Shown here piece after piece: positions 12,145 through 23,700 of a DNA stretch of 64,000 nucleotides. Below the pieces are notes generated by a model. That model made no database searches and was not told the origin of the DNA. It saw nothing but the letters and a program-made list of their open reading frames with translations. This stretch comes from Thecamonas trahens ATCC 50062 (lineage: Eukaryota > Protista > Apusomonadida), in contig NW_013657637.1 in assembly GCF_000142905.1 (NCBI RefSeq), forward strand, positions 186,001 to 250,000, written 5' to 3'. Numbering within the stretch: position 1 is the stretch's first letter; every line of letters begins with the position of its first letter. The position numbers and the translations under genes are program-made.

Positions 12145-13125
12145 ATGTCGAAGAAGTCGAAGAAGTCCTCCAAGTCGTCCAAGAAGACCAAGAAGTCGAA
12201 GAAGTCCTCGACCTCGTCGGCCGCCCCGGCCGCCCCGGCCTACCCTGGCTTCGGCTTCCCCGGCTACGGCTACGGCCAGCAGTTCGGCGGCTTCCCCGGC
12301 TACGGTACGCAGTATCCCCTCCCCCCTTGTGACTCTGTGCCGCCGCGTTTTTGCAACCATCGCATTTTCTCGCGCCCAGCGCCCTTCCCCCTCCCGCCCC
12401 GCCCCGCCCACTTCCACTGGCTTCCCACCAAGCTCTCTCTCCCCCCCACTGCAGCCACCATCTGCACACCTTCATCCCTCCCTTGCACCACCCTGCAGTC
12501 CCTGCACCGGCGTATGCCCGCAGACGCGCAGCTGGTCGCACAGGTCGCGGTCGCGGATGTGCAAGTTTTTTGGCTACGCGACAATGGGACGTCATCACAC
12601 TGCGACCGACGGCCCAAAAAATTCAGCCGGCCGAGGTGGCGGGTGGCGGGCTGGCGATGGGCTGGGCGGCATTTTGTATGATTTCCACCTCGCACCGCAA
12701 AAATATGCTGTGGCGGAGCAGACTCACACTCCTTTCTTTGGCTGAGCATCACAGGCTTCCCGCAGCAGCAGTTCGGCGGCTTCCCGCAGCAGCAGTTCGG
12801 CTCCGGCTACGAGCAGCAGCAGCAGCAGTTCGCCTTCCCGCAGCAGCAGTTCGGCTTCCCGCAGCAGCAGTTCTTCGGCGCTGGCTTCGGTGCCCCGGCC
12901 TTCTACGGTGCCGAGGAGCAGCAGCAGCAGCAGTTCCCGACCCAGCAGTTCGGCTCGTTCGCCTACCCGCAGCAGCAGTTCGGCGGCTTCCCGCAGCAGC
13001 AGCAGTTCGGCGGCTTCCCGCAGCAGCAGCAGTTCGGCGGCTTCCCGCAGCAGTTCGGCTACGGCTACCCGCAGTTCGGCGGCTACCCGTACGGCGGCCA
13101 GGTTGCTGAGCAGCAGCAGGAGTAA
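12145..13125 (+). CDS. Low-complexity prion-like protein (K/S-rich head, FPQQQFGG repeats); exons 12145-12304 and 12755-13125
   Basis: MSKKSKKSSKSSKK..GFPGY, then a GTACGC...GACTCAC...CACAG intron (12305-12754), then GFPQQQFGGFPQQQ..AEQQQE-TAA. Splicing keeps the frame and the same composition. Confidence 0.75.
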
Positions 13126-13367
13126 GAAGCTCTCCAGCTTCTCGCCCGTGGTCTTGGTGCGGTGATTCATTGAACTCTGTGCCTACCTGTGGGCGCCATT
13201 GATGTAGCAACACATATGTGTCCCCCGTCGTTGTCCCCCATGCCCGGTATCGCCCTTCCCTGCAGCACGTGACAGACCTGACAAGTCGTAACCCCCCCCC
13301 CCCCCCCCCGCTTCCCCCCCTCCCCCTCCCCCCTCCCCCCTCCCCCCTGCCCACACCCCACCCCACC

Positions 13368-16220
13368 ATGGCAGACGAATGGTGGAAGGACGGCGGGGCG
13401 CAGGACGCCATGGACGACCTCTTTGCCGACACCGCCGCGCCCTTTGCCGACGCCACGGCCACCGACGCCAAGGCTCCCACCACCACCGCCACCACCGCCA
13501 CCAGCACCACCAGCACCACCCCCTCCACCCCCTCCACCCCCACCCCTTCCACTGCCTTTGTCAAGAACACCCAGGTCCACGCCCTCTACACCTACACTGC
13601 CAAGGCCGACGACGAACTCTCCGTCCAGAAGGGCGACCTGCTCGTCGTCCTCGACACGCCGTCTCCTGGTTGGCTCGCCATCCGTTCGCTCCTCACAGGA
13701 GAGTCGGGCCTTCTCCCGGACAACTACGTGGCCGCAACCACCGCTCACTCGCGATCCAAGGTCAAGGTGCCAGAGACGGCCAAGGCGCCGCACACAGCCA
13801 AGGCCAAGGCCGACGCAACCGAAGCTAGGACTCGCTCCATTCCGCCACGCAAGAAGCGGACCATCTCGTTTGATCCGGCGGTGGTGCCGGCGAGCTCGGT
13901 TGCTGCTCCTGACAGAGATGGCGGGGCTGGGAGTGACGGCCAAGGCGACGGCGAGCTGGTTGACGACGATCTGGTCTCGACCTCACCGCTCGGCGACCTT
14001 GATCTGGAAGCCTTTGTCAACACCATTGCCAACGCCCTCAACAAGCCGGTGGAAAAGGCGGCCAAGTGGCTGGCGACGCTGCGGAGCAACGACTACGATG
14101 AGGTGCAGGATCTGGTATACGCGCTTCAGCGTGGCTACTCACCCAGCGACCTCGGGATCTCGCGGCTGGTTGTCGACGCCATGCGCGAGTGGTTCGCCGA
14201 CAACCTCGGCGAGATCTTTGCCGCCGCCCCGGGCGCCGACTCGATGGGCTCGGCCTCGGCCCGCGCCGCCACCGTCGCCGCCTTTCGTCGCCCACCCACC
14301 GCCAGGGTCGACTCGGAAGTCGCCGCCAAGGAGCGCCTCGGTTTCCCCTGCCGCCTCTGCGACTGCTCGGCTTACTTTGGCTCCAAGGTTGTGGCCCTCT
14401 GCCTGCGATGCAAGCACGATCCCGACGCCCACGCCGCACCGCCGTCGGCAGCCGGCCTCAACCTTGATGACAAGCCGCCGGCGCTCTTTCCTGGCGCCGC
14501 TCCCGACCGCGACGCCTACCACTTTGACCTCCTCGGCGACGACTACGACCGCCCGTCCAAGGCCAACCTCATGACGCTCCTGCCTGACGCTCAGCCCGAC
14601 ACCACATCGCCCTGGGGCGAGGAGCTTGACTCGGACGAGGACTTTGACGAGTTTGACAAGCTGTTTGGCAACGCCCAGCTCCGGCCGGGCGCCCTCGCCG
14701 TCAAGGCCAACGAGCCTGCTCTCGCCGCAAAGTCGGCACCGACAGCCCTTGCCGGCCTGCCCGAGGCCATGCGCAAGCCGGCGCTCGCCACCCGCATGGG
14801 CGTAGTCGTCTGGCTTGCCACCGAGTTCCGCACGCCCGAGGAGCGCCTCATGGCCTACTGGCGCGCCCAGGGCCACACCGTCCACGCACAGCGCAAGGCC
14901 CACGCCGCCATGGCCATTGTCCGTGCCTCAGGCCTCTCGTCCGTTGCTGTCATCATCGCCCGCCAGACCCGCGACGAGGGCCTCGCTCTCCTCCGCGACA
15001 TCCGCTCCGACCGCAACTACGACGACGTCCGCATCGTTGTCCACATGCGCGGCCTTGGCGACAACCCAGAGGCGCTCGCAAAGTACACGGCCGCAGGCGT
15101 CAACGCCCTCGCCGACTCGTACGACGACGTCGACGCCCAGATCCAGGTCTTCGGCTCGGGCGGCTCTGCCCTCGACACCCCTGCCCGCGGCCCCGCGCCC
15201 AAGCCGGCTACCGACGACGCGCCCGCCGACGCGCCGCCGGCAGACCCAGACGCGCCGCCGCGTCCTACCACAGCGTCGACCGTCCTGGTTGTCGGCCACG
15301 CCGCAGGCCCCGAGTGGCGGTCCATGCTCCACGACTGGACGCCTGCCGCCATTGTCGGCGCGCCCACCCTCTCGCACTCGCGCGTCCGGCTCACCCTCCA
15401 GACCTGCTCCGACGTCTGCCTCGTCCTCTCCCACCCGGACGTCGACGAGGCTCTCGACATGGCCCACAAGGTGGTCCGCTACACCTCCAAGGCCAACTCG
15501 CTCTCGCGGTTCTTCCTCATCGCCCTCACCGCCCACTCGCACCGCGGCCACGTCGACGCCTTTGTCGCCGCAAACTGCGCCCTCGTCAACTCGCTACCGG
15601 CGCTCTCGGCTTGCGTCTCGGCCTTTCTTACTCCGTGCGCCTGGCGCGACTGCCCGCAGCCTCGCATGGCTCTCAACGGCGTGCTCTACGACTACTGCTC
15701 CCGCGAGCACTACGACGCTGCGCAGGACGCCGCCTCGTCCTCCGATTCGGACAACGAGACAGCGGCCTCCAAGCCGTCAGGCGTTTCAGACAAGCCTACC
15801 GGTGCCCGTGGCTGGTCCGCGCCTTCGGCCTCACGCTGGGCAGCAAAGGGCTCAAAGTGGGGCCGCCCGCCGCCGTCCAAGGGCGGGCTCACCGACTCGC
15901 CCGCCGCGACCGCTGCCGCAGGTGGCTCGGCCAAGGCCAAGGGTAAGGGTAAGGGCAAGGCCAAGGCCAAGGGCAAGGGCAAATCCAAGGCCAAGAGCAA
16001 GACCAAGGGCAAGACCAAGGGAAACGCGCCGCCTGGCGGCTTTCTCACCCTCGAGCAGCTCAAGAACGGTCCGCTTCCCGATGGCATGGACCACACTGCC
16101 AAGGAGGTCTACCTCTCGGACGAGGACTTTGAGGCTGCGCTCGGCTGCTCGCGCGAGGAGTTTGCCGCCATGCCAGCGTGGCGGCGCGAGCTGGCCAAGC
16201 GCAAGATCGGCCTGTTCTGA
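13368..16220 (+). CDS. SH3 / SAM-like / Zn-finger / two receiver-like domains / villin headpiece protein (~950 aa)
   Basis: SH3 (ALYTYTAKADDELSVQKGD..GW..GLLPDNYV); C-terminal headpiece KEVYLSDEDFEAALGCSREEFAAMPAWRRELAKRKIGLF; Cys/His clusters CRLCDC..CLRCKH..H and CAWRDC..YCSREH. Confidence 0.85.
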   Translation: MADEWWKDGGAQDAMDDLFADTAAPFADATATDAKAPTTTATTATSTTSTTPSTPSTPTPSTAFVKNTQVHALYTYTAKADDELSVQKGDLLVVLDTPSPGWLAIRSLLTGESGLLPDNYVAATTAHSRSKVKVPETAKAPHTAKAKADATEARTRSIPPRKKRTISFDPAVVPASSVAAPDRDGGAGSDGQGDGELVDDDLVSTSPLGDLDLEAFVNTIANALNKPVEKAAKWLATLRSNDYDEVQDLVYALQRGYSPSDLGISRLVVDAMREWFADNLGEIFAAAPGADSMGSASARAATVAAFRRPPTARVDSEVAAKERLGFPCRLCDCSAYFGSKVVALCLRCKHDPDAHAAPPSAAGLNLDDKPPALFPGAAPDRDAYHFDLLGDDYDRPSKANLMTLLPDAQPDTTSPWGEELDSDEDFDEFDKLFGNAQLRPGALAVKANEPALAAKSAPTALAGLPEAMRKPALATRMGVVVWLATEFRTPEERLMAYWRAQGHTVHAQRKAHAAMAIVRASGLSSVAVIIARQTRDEGLALLRDIRSDRNYDDVRIVVHMRGLGDNPEALAKYTAAGVNALADSYDDVDAQIQVFGSGGSALDTPARGPAPKPATDDAPADAPPADPDAPPRPTTASTVLVVGHAAGPEWRSMLHDWTPAAIVGAPTLSHSRVRLTLQTCSDVCLVLSHPDVDEALDMAHKVVRYTSKANSLSRFFLIALTAHSHRGHVDAFVAANCALVNSLPALSACVSAFLTPCAWRDCPQPRMALNGVLYDYCSREHYDAAQDAASSSDSDNETAASKPSGVSDKPTGARGWSAPSASRWAAKGSKWGRPPPSKGGLTDSPAATAAAGGSAKAKGKGKGKAKAKGKGKSKAKSKTKGKTKGNAPPGGFLTLEQLKNGPLPDGMDHTAKEVYLSDEDFEAALGCSREEFAAMPAWRRELAKRKIGLF

Positions 16221-16246
16221 CGATAAACACTGCTTTGCACACAGCT

Positions 16247-18738
16247 TCATTCGCGCTCCTTCGAGTCTGCGCTCGCCTCGTCGTCGGTGTAGAGCGTCGA
16301 CTCACTCGAGGGCAGCGGCTCGATCTCGCGTACATCGACGTGCTGGCGGAAGCGGACCCGTTTCTGCGGTGAACGCGCAACCTTGCGGCGCTTTCGCCGC
16401 GAGACCCTGCGGCGCCGCGAGCCGCGGCTGACCGAAACCTTGCGCGGCACAAACGGATCGCGCGGCGAAACGTCGACGAGGACGACCGACGACGAGGCGA
16501 GCGGGAGCGAGCCAAAGATGAGCGCGAGCGCCCAGGCGTGCGGAAGATGGGTCCGTGCGCACGTCAACTCGTCACAGGCCTCGGCGTACTCAATCTTGAC
16601 CGGCGGGAGCGCGACGAGATCGGCACCGGTCCACGTTCGCAGCGCGGTGGTGATGGTGCGGAGGACAGCGTCAACCGAGACCGACTCCGTGGCGGCCGGC
16701 AGCGCCGCCGCCAGGGCCGGCGCCATGAACCGCTGGATGGCGTCCACGTTGGCGACGAGCGGCGCCAGTGCACCGGTGGTTGCCTTGTACGGCGCAAAGA
16801 GGTCTAGCCGGCGCATGAGGACGTAGACAAAGCACGGGTTGAGTGCGAGCGCCGCCAGCCACGCATTGACAACCGACGCCATGACGAATAGCAGGTCAGC
16901 GGCGAGGGCCAGGTCGGCAGCAAGCGCCGTCTTGTCGGCCGCGGCCAGCAGCCGGTGCTTCTTGGCAAAGAGCTCAAAGAGGAGCAGAATGCGCTCAGCG
17001 GCATTCGGATGCAGGCCCGACGCCCCGAGCGCGAGGTTGAGTACAACGCCGAGCGCCAGGCTCGCCTCATACACGTCCTTGGCAGCAGCGCCAAGCAGCG
17101 AGATGAGCCGGTCGACGACAACAATGACGACTAGCGAGCCGGCCGAGAGCGAGCCGGCGAGCTGGCGCGAGGTAAACCACTCGGGCACACCGCCGGGCAC
17201 CGGCGATGCAAAAAGATTCGCCACCCACGCCTTGGATGTGGACAAGAGCGCGACAACGCCCAACGCAAGATGGGCCGCCCGCTGCCGCAGCGGCGATGCC
17301 AGCGCGTGCGCCAGCGGGACCATCAGTGTCTCGATGTCGGTCCGCGCGTTGACGTAGCCGGCAAATGCAGGCGCCCGCGAGAGCAGCACATGCAGCAGCG
17401 CAATAGGAACGTCGGCCTCGGCAGGCGCCACGGCAATATGGTCTGCGATCGCGTCATAGAGCACCGGAAACGCCGCCGCAGCTTGCCCGGCCTTTGGCGC
17501 CAGACTCGGATCCTCCACGCCCGGAAAGGCATCGATGAGGTCGGCGAGACCGGCGGTGACAGCACCTGTACTTGCCGGATCGCTTGCTAGGAGCAGCATC
17601 ACCACCGCAGCGCGGGTGGCGAGTGGCGCCCACGCCCGCTGCGCGTCGCTGGTTTCGAGCAACGACGAGAAAAACATGCCGAAGCCTGCGGCTGAGCTCT
17701 TCGCTGCAGCCTCGGCGTGCGTCACCGAGTCGGAGGCGTAAACAGTGAGGAGGGTGGCAAGGAGCCGGGCAAACTGGGGCGGCGTCCACGCGGCGACAAG
17801 GGCAGCATGACGGGTGCGGAGGGCGGCGAGCGGGCGGGCAACAGTCTTGGCATCGACGTAGAGCGCGTCCGAGACAAAGGCTATCAGGCAGGCGAGGAGC
17901 TCAAAGACGAGCTCGGCCATGGCCGCCGGCAGCGCAACCGGGAGCACCGGCCCGCCCATCCCGTCGAGGACGGTGACCAGCAGCTGACCCACCCTCGCCA
18001 TCCATGGAACGAGCAGCTCATCGGGGACGAGGACGACATCAGCCGCCGCCGCCGCCGCCACAAACGTCCGAATCAGCAGCAGCGCGTTGGTCAGCGTCGG
18101 TAGTGGCCGCGGCCGGACGTCAACCGCCACCCGCCGCCCGACCTCATCCATTAGCTCCTGCGCATACCCCATCAGTGCCTGCATGTTGCCGGTCTTGCCG
18201 TTGTTCACCACTGATGCCATCGCCGAGCGAGTGAGTCCTACGCCCTTTTGCTGCATCACCTTTGCCGAGACCCCAGCCAACACGAGCGGCTACCACCTGA
18301 AGAAGGACAATTAGCAAGGCACGGAAGGGCCTACAACATATATGGGACCAAGGTCATGTCGGGATGTGGATGGGGTATCTGGGGCAACTGTATCCCACAC
18401 GTGGTGTGCGGTGGAAGGTGGCGGTGGAAGGTGGCGTCGACGCGGTGATCATGATCAACGCCCGGCCGGGCACAAGGCATGTACGGTGGCCTGCTGCAGC
18501 GGCAGGCGAGGGGGACGGGGAGGTATGGGCATAGGGGGTACATACATATGTCGGCAGAAGCTCTTGCTAAGACGGTGGCGATGCCCTGCTCCCTCCGTAT
18601 GCGTGACTCCTTCTCCATGTGGAAGGTCAGACCGTGGAGGTCGTCAAGCAGCTCACCGGCTCGACCACCTAGGGCAGTCTCACCACACACAGCATCGAGC
18701 AGGGCAATGTTGGCCTCCACAGATGTGTTGGCGCCCAT
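16247..18738 (-). CDS. DYM: Dymeclin; exons 18738-18546 and 18210-16247
   Basis: Myristoylation-type start MGANTS; splicing GTATGT...GACTCAC...CATCAG gives LVNNGKTGNMQAL (cf. dymeclin NNPxTGN); YVNARTDIETLMVPL; LHPNAAERILLLF; NPCFVYVLMRR. Confidence 0.85.
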
Positions 18739-19006
18739 TTGCCACAAAGTTTGTGCGCGGGAACGAGGGCAGAGGGGAGGAGGAGGAGGAGGAGGGAGGG
18801 GGGGGGGGGATCAGGGGGGAGGGAGAGGAGGCGGAGTACAGGGAGAAGGGTGACCGAGGGTGCGACCACGGTGACATGCCATTCGCCGCGGCAGGCAGGC
18901 AGGAGGAGGAGGTGGTGTCTGCATACCCCACTCCCCCCGTCTCTCTCTCTCTCCCCTCCCTCTCCCCCTCTGGCAGCCGCCGCATCTTTGCAAACGTTTG
19001 TGGGTC

Positions 19007-20770
19007 ATGGCGAGCCAGGGCGCGTGCGGGGGATGCGGCAAGGCCATTTACCCCTTTGACAAGGCCCATGAGGTCAAGGGCGTCCGCCTGCACGCCGGCT
19101 GCTTTGCCTGCACTTCCTGCAAGCGCATTCTCAAGCCGACCGGGAGATACGGCATTGTTGCTGGTCGCTACTACTGCTCGCGTCATGCGCGGGAGGCCGA
19201 AGCTGCTGTTGGTGGTGGCGGTGGGGATGCTGGGGATGACACGCGCAAGCGGGCCACGTCCGAGGGCACCCCGTCGCCTGCGCGAGCGGCTGCCGCCCGC
19301 GACGCTTTAGCCCCTGTGGCGAGCGAAGCTGCAACGCCTTTGGCGAGTGGGCCGACAGGCGGCGGCAAGCGCCTGGCCGGACGTGATCGGATTGCGTCCG
19401 AGGGCACTCCGTCGCCATCACGAGTGGCTGCGGCACGGAGCGCGTTTGAGGGCGGATCCAGCGAGCCGCGGAAGTCGCGGCGGGCGACAGAGGGCGTGCC
19501 AAAGGCGTCGCGGGTAGCGGCGGCCAGGGCGGCGTTTGCTGGCGGCGATGTCGGGACTGACAAACCCAAGTCCAAGGTTAGCGCAGTCAAGGCTGCATCG
19601 GGGCGGGGGCGGCGGACCGCGTCCGAGGGCTCTCCGTCGACATCGCGCATGCAGGCTGCGCGCGCAGCGTTTGCAGGTGGCGTCCCGGCGCCACCATCTC
19701 CGAAGCGGGCGGCGCCACCGTCACCAACGCGGGCGGCGCCACCGTCACCAACGCGGGCGGCGCCACCGTCACCAACGCGGGCGGCGCCACCGTCACCAAC
19801 GCGGGCGGCGCCACCGTCACCAACGCGGGCGGCGCCACCGTCACCAACGCGGGCGGCGCCACCGTCGCCAACGCGGACGGCACCACCGTCACCAACGCGG
19901 GCGGCGCCACCGTCACCAACGCGGGCGGCGCCCCCGTCACCAACGCGGGCGGCGCCACCGTCACCAACGCGGGCGGCGCCACCGTCACCAACGCAGACGG
20001 CGCCACCGTCACATCCTACCCCCCCACACGCTCCGGCTCCAGAGGTTCGCGGTCATCTTGTCACTCTTTGCCCGTCGTCCGAATACTGCCTATACGATCG
20101 TCCAATTCCGCTCGCGCCGGGATGGACCGACAACCCGTCGCGCGTCCTCTGGCTGCCGCAGTCCTCAGGCCACGCCTCGGTTGTCTGGGCCGGACCAGAG
20201 GCCCCCCGCCCCGCCAGGGTGCGAGCCCTCGCTGCTGCCCGTGCGTCCGGCACGCTTACCCCGCTGCTTGCCCACGCCGCCGATCTCGCGGCTGTGCTCG
20301 ACACGCCGCTCGAGCTGCCGCCTGGCATCGATACCAACTCGCCCTCGCTAGTCAAAGCGACGCGATCACCAGGCGGTTCGTTTTCCTTTACCCGTGCGGC
20401 GCCCCTGGAGAGCCCACTGTGGACCCGCGCTGCGCTTGCTGCCGATGACGCCGTGTATGTCGCTGACGACGGTCTCTTCTCGGCCTACATCTGGAAGGCC
20501 CCACGCGCAACGCTCTCACAGGCCGAGACCATTGCACTCACCGCTGCGCTGCAGGCCGGCGAACATGCGCCATGTCTTGCTGTCGCCCGCCCCTGGGCTC
20601 TGCACGTCACCGTGCTCGATGCAGGCTCGGAGAGCTCTCCATTCAAAGCGCTGTTTGTTGATTGGCACCCAGCTGTCACCGCCCTCGTCTCGGCGCTCGC
20701 TGATCCCGACGCACACCTTGCAGTCGCCGCCATGTTTCCGCCACGTGCCACCAAGAAAGCAATCGCCTAG
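19007..20770 (+). CDS. LIM-domain protein with Pro/Ser repeat array and C-terminal gelsolin-like repeat
   Basis: LIM (CGGCGKAIY..HAGCFACTSCK..YCSRH); C-terminal AVYVADDG..AYIWKA..VTVLDAGSESSPFKALFVDW resembles villin/gelsolin repeat 3/6. Confidence 0.8.
   Translation: MASQGACGGCGKAIYPFDKAHEVKGVRLHAGCFACTSCKRILKPTGRYGIVAGRYYCSRHAREAEAAVGGGGGDAGDDTRKRATSEGTPSPARAAAARDALAPVASEAATPLASGPTGGGKRLAGRDRIASEGTPSPSRVAAARSAFEGGSSEPRKSRRATEGVPKASRVAAARAAFAGGDVGTDKPKSKVSAVKAASGRGRRTASEGSPSTSRMQAARAAFAGGVPAPPSPKRAAPPSPTRAAPPSPTRAAPPSPTRAAPPSPTRAAPPSPTRAAPPSPTRAAPPSPTRTAPPSPTRAAPPSPTRAAPPSPTRAAPPSPTRAAPPSPTQTAPPSHPTPPHAPAPEVRGHLVTLCPSSEYCLYDRPIPLAPGWTDNPSRVLWLPQSSGHASVVWAGPEAPRPARVRALAAARASGTLTPLLAHAADLAAVLDTPLELPPGIDTNSPSLVKATRSPGGSFSFTRAAPLESPLWTRAALAADDAVYVADDGLFSAYIWKAPRATLSQAETIALTAALQAGEHAPCLAVARPWALHVTVLDAGSESSPFKALFVDWHPAVTALVSALADPDAHLAVAAMFPPRATKKAIA
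19684..20010 (+). repeat. Coding 24-bp minisatellite, about 13 copies (AAPPSPTR)
   Basis: Tandem gcggcgccaccgtcaccaacgcgg units seen directly. Confidence 0.95.
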
Positions 20771-23700
20771 CCTCGCACAGGGCTCCACACACAGTACTCG
20801 CCGACGACCCTAAGCGCAGCCGCGTCGGCTTCGTCGAGCACGATGGACTCCACGTCAGCATCACCGGCCGCACGCGCATCCAGCACGTCATTGGAGACGC
20901 GCGCCGCCACGCCGGGGGCCGTCGCCAGCGTCACATGAGGCCGCCGTCCGGCATCCACCTCGATGCCGCCCAGCGCCACTGCCAAGCACACAATCCCGCG
21001 CCCGGCGACCAGCTCGACCGCATTCACCTCGACGCCATCAGCCAGTGCCGCGTTGGCAGTCTCGTCAAGTGCTCGGACATCACCCACCGTCGCCTCGGCG
21101 ATGTACCGCAGCGTGACGTGGAACCCGATGCGTGCCCGGGCATCTGCGTCGGCCTCCAGCGCTGCACTGTCACCGCCGGCCGCCGCTACCGCGCGCGCCC
21201 ACGCACTGTCTCCTGACGCCGTCGCGCGCCACGTGCACATTGCTCGGCTGAGCGTTGGAAGCGACAGCCCGGCAAACCGGAACCATGGCACAACGGCGGC
21301 GTTCACACGTGCGCTTCCGCCGTGAGTAACCCCGTCGACCACCGCACTCACAGCGACATCCAGCAGACCGTCTGCGTCGTAGATCCGCGAGTGCAGGCCA
21401 CGGACCTCGTCGAGTGCACTTGCCAGCGCCGCAGCCTGCTCCCCCCACGAGAGGCCCGCCATCGGGTTGCCCTTGCGACGGCCGGAGAAAAGGTGCTTGA
21501 TCGTCGCCAGCGGCTCGGCATACTCCGCGAGGGCGAGTTCGGCTTCGGCACTATCGCAGATCCCGAGCGAGACTACTTGCCCCCCAGCCGCCTCGGTTGC
21601 AGCCACCACCTTGTCGCCGTGCTTGTACTTGCCGTCACGGATCCTGCTGTGCAGCTTGCGGACGGCAGTGGTGTACTCGAGCCATGCTTCGCGCGACACT
21701 GTCGCCGCTTCCACCGAGCTCGCATCGCTGGCATGATCCGGCCGATCCAGCACGCCAAGGTACGCCAGTGCGTCCATGACCTCGTACCCACTCGGCGTGC
21801 TGGCCAGCCGTAAGACAAGCCAACTGGCATCGTGGATCAGCGATGATGCGCCGCGATTGTCGTACACCAGCACCGGCGTCTTGCCTGCCGCTCTTGCTGC
21901 ATCCACTGCCTCGTTTGCCCGTCGTTTCAACTCGCGCGCCACCGTCGCGCGGCCCACCGTCGCCTGAATCTCATCGTTAGCGAGGACCGTCACAACGGCC
22001 TCCTCGCCGAGTGCCTCCTGCAAAGCAGGACAGAGCTTGGTGAGAAACGTTGTCTTGCCCACTCCTGGCTCACCCGGCACAATGACCCGGACCACCGTGG
22101 TGCCGCTTCCATCTTGTGCCGTGGAGCTTGCCATTAGATCGGGAGTAAAGTGTCGCAGCGGCGCCTTGCCACAGTTGACCAGCAGCATCGGCGTCACAGT
22201 GCAAGGCGCGGCCATCCTGCCGCTGACACGCAGCACTTTGCCAATGTCGTCGTAATGGATGATCTGCTGCCAGCTGTCGTCGACCACACTTGCAGCCGCC
22301 AGATCGGCGAGTACCTCGGCCTTAAAGTTGAGCGCCGACTGCCGCGACGCCCGACGCGCAAAGACCGGCACGCGGAGCGCGCCAGACTTGCCCAGGATCC
22401 GGTAAATAGGCCCGAGCTCCGACTGGATCCGCCCAGTCAAGACCAGGACAGGCGCACCTGCCGCCACCACCCGCGAGAGCAGTGCAGGCATCGCCACACT
22501 CGCCGCCGCCGTCGTCTCATCAAACAGGGTGCCGTCAAAGTCAAAGACGTACACAACCTCGCCTGCGCCCGCAGCCACGCTCTCCGTCATCTGCATCCTG
22601 AGCGCCGCCAGCGACGCCCAGTTGGTGCCTGCGCCCAACGCACCGCTGCCCACCGCCGCCATTGCGGTTGTAGCAAGGACCGAGACCTCGCCCCCGGTCT
22701 CGAGCACAGCGCACACCTCGGCCGCCACCGCGACCACCAGCGCCGCGGCATCGGGGCCAGATACGCTCGCGCTGGCGCCGTCAGCCGTCACGCTACTCAG
22801 CACCGGAGGTGCGTGCTCGTAGAACGGCGCCACAACGTCGCCCACCCACTGGTGCACGACACGGGTCTGGGTCGGGTCTGCTCGCGGGACGAGCCCGATG
22901 CGGGCGCAGCAACCGAGGAAGAGCATGTGCGCATGCATCGATGATGGCAGCAGTCCTGGCCGCCGCATGTGACGCGTGAACGCCACAAGTGCGGTCCGGC
23001 GGGAGACGGTGTCAGCCTCAGAGCCCGCGGCTATCAGCGCCGCACGCACCGCCGTGTTGGCATCCATGATTGTCCACGCCGACCCATCATACACGATGTC
23101 GACGAGGAGGCCTCCGGCAAACTCGAGAGCAAGGACCGGGAAGGCGGCGTCGGTGACGATGCGGCTTTGGAGGAGGTCGTCTCCAAAAGCCGCGGCAATT
23201 GCAGGCGCCAGCTCATCCAGAGGCGTGTTGGTCAGTAAGTCGATGTCGGACCCGACCGGGAGCGCTCCGCCGAGCACTGCAAACGAGCCAAATGGCCGCA
23301 GCGCCACGGGCGGCAAAGTGCTTGATGCCCACGCCTGTAGCCGCCGATAGCAAGCCAGTTGACCGGAATCTGGCCCTGCAAAGGCGACGTCGGCGACCAG
23401 CGCGTCGGCGGCGGCCGACGTCATCTCACGACAGACAAGATACATGCTCATGGCCTGAGCCCGGGTCAGTTGCGGCAGTACCCGGCCACATCGGGCCGGG
23501 TACGCAATCGACGGCGTGCGCAGGCCCGACGGGATGCTAAGCACAGCCCGGGCCAGCGAGAGCACATGCTTGATGCCTCCAGCTGCGAGGGCTTCGCGCG
23601 CAAACACGCGCGAGAGTGGCGGCAGCGGGGCCGCCGAGCCACTCGCAGCCGACATGCTCCGTGCCCACTTGACGATCGTGGTGACCACAACTGGCGGCAT

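Noticed and set aside
18284-18312. CTAAT...TTCTTCAG as the dymeclin intron acceptor
   Set aside because: Splicing there from the 18545 donor hits a stop (AGG TGA); the 18211 acceptor restores the conserved LVNN..TGN.
19684-20010. Regular 24-bp repeats as a possible CRISPR array
   Set aside because: No unique spacers, in-frame coding minisatellite, eukaryotic context and no cas genes.
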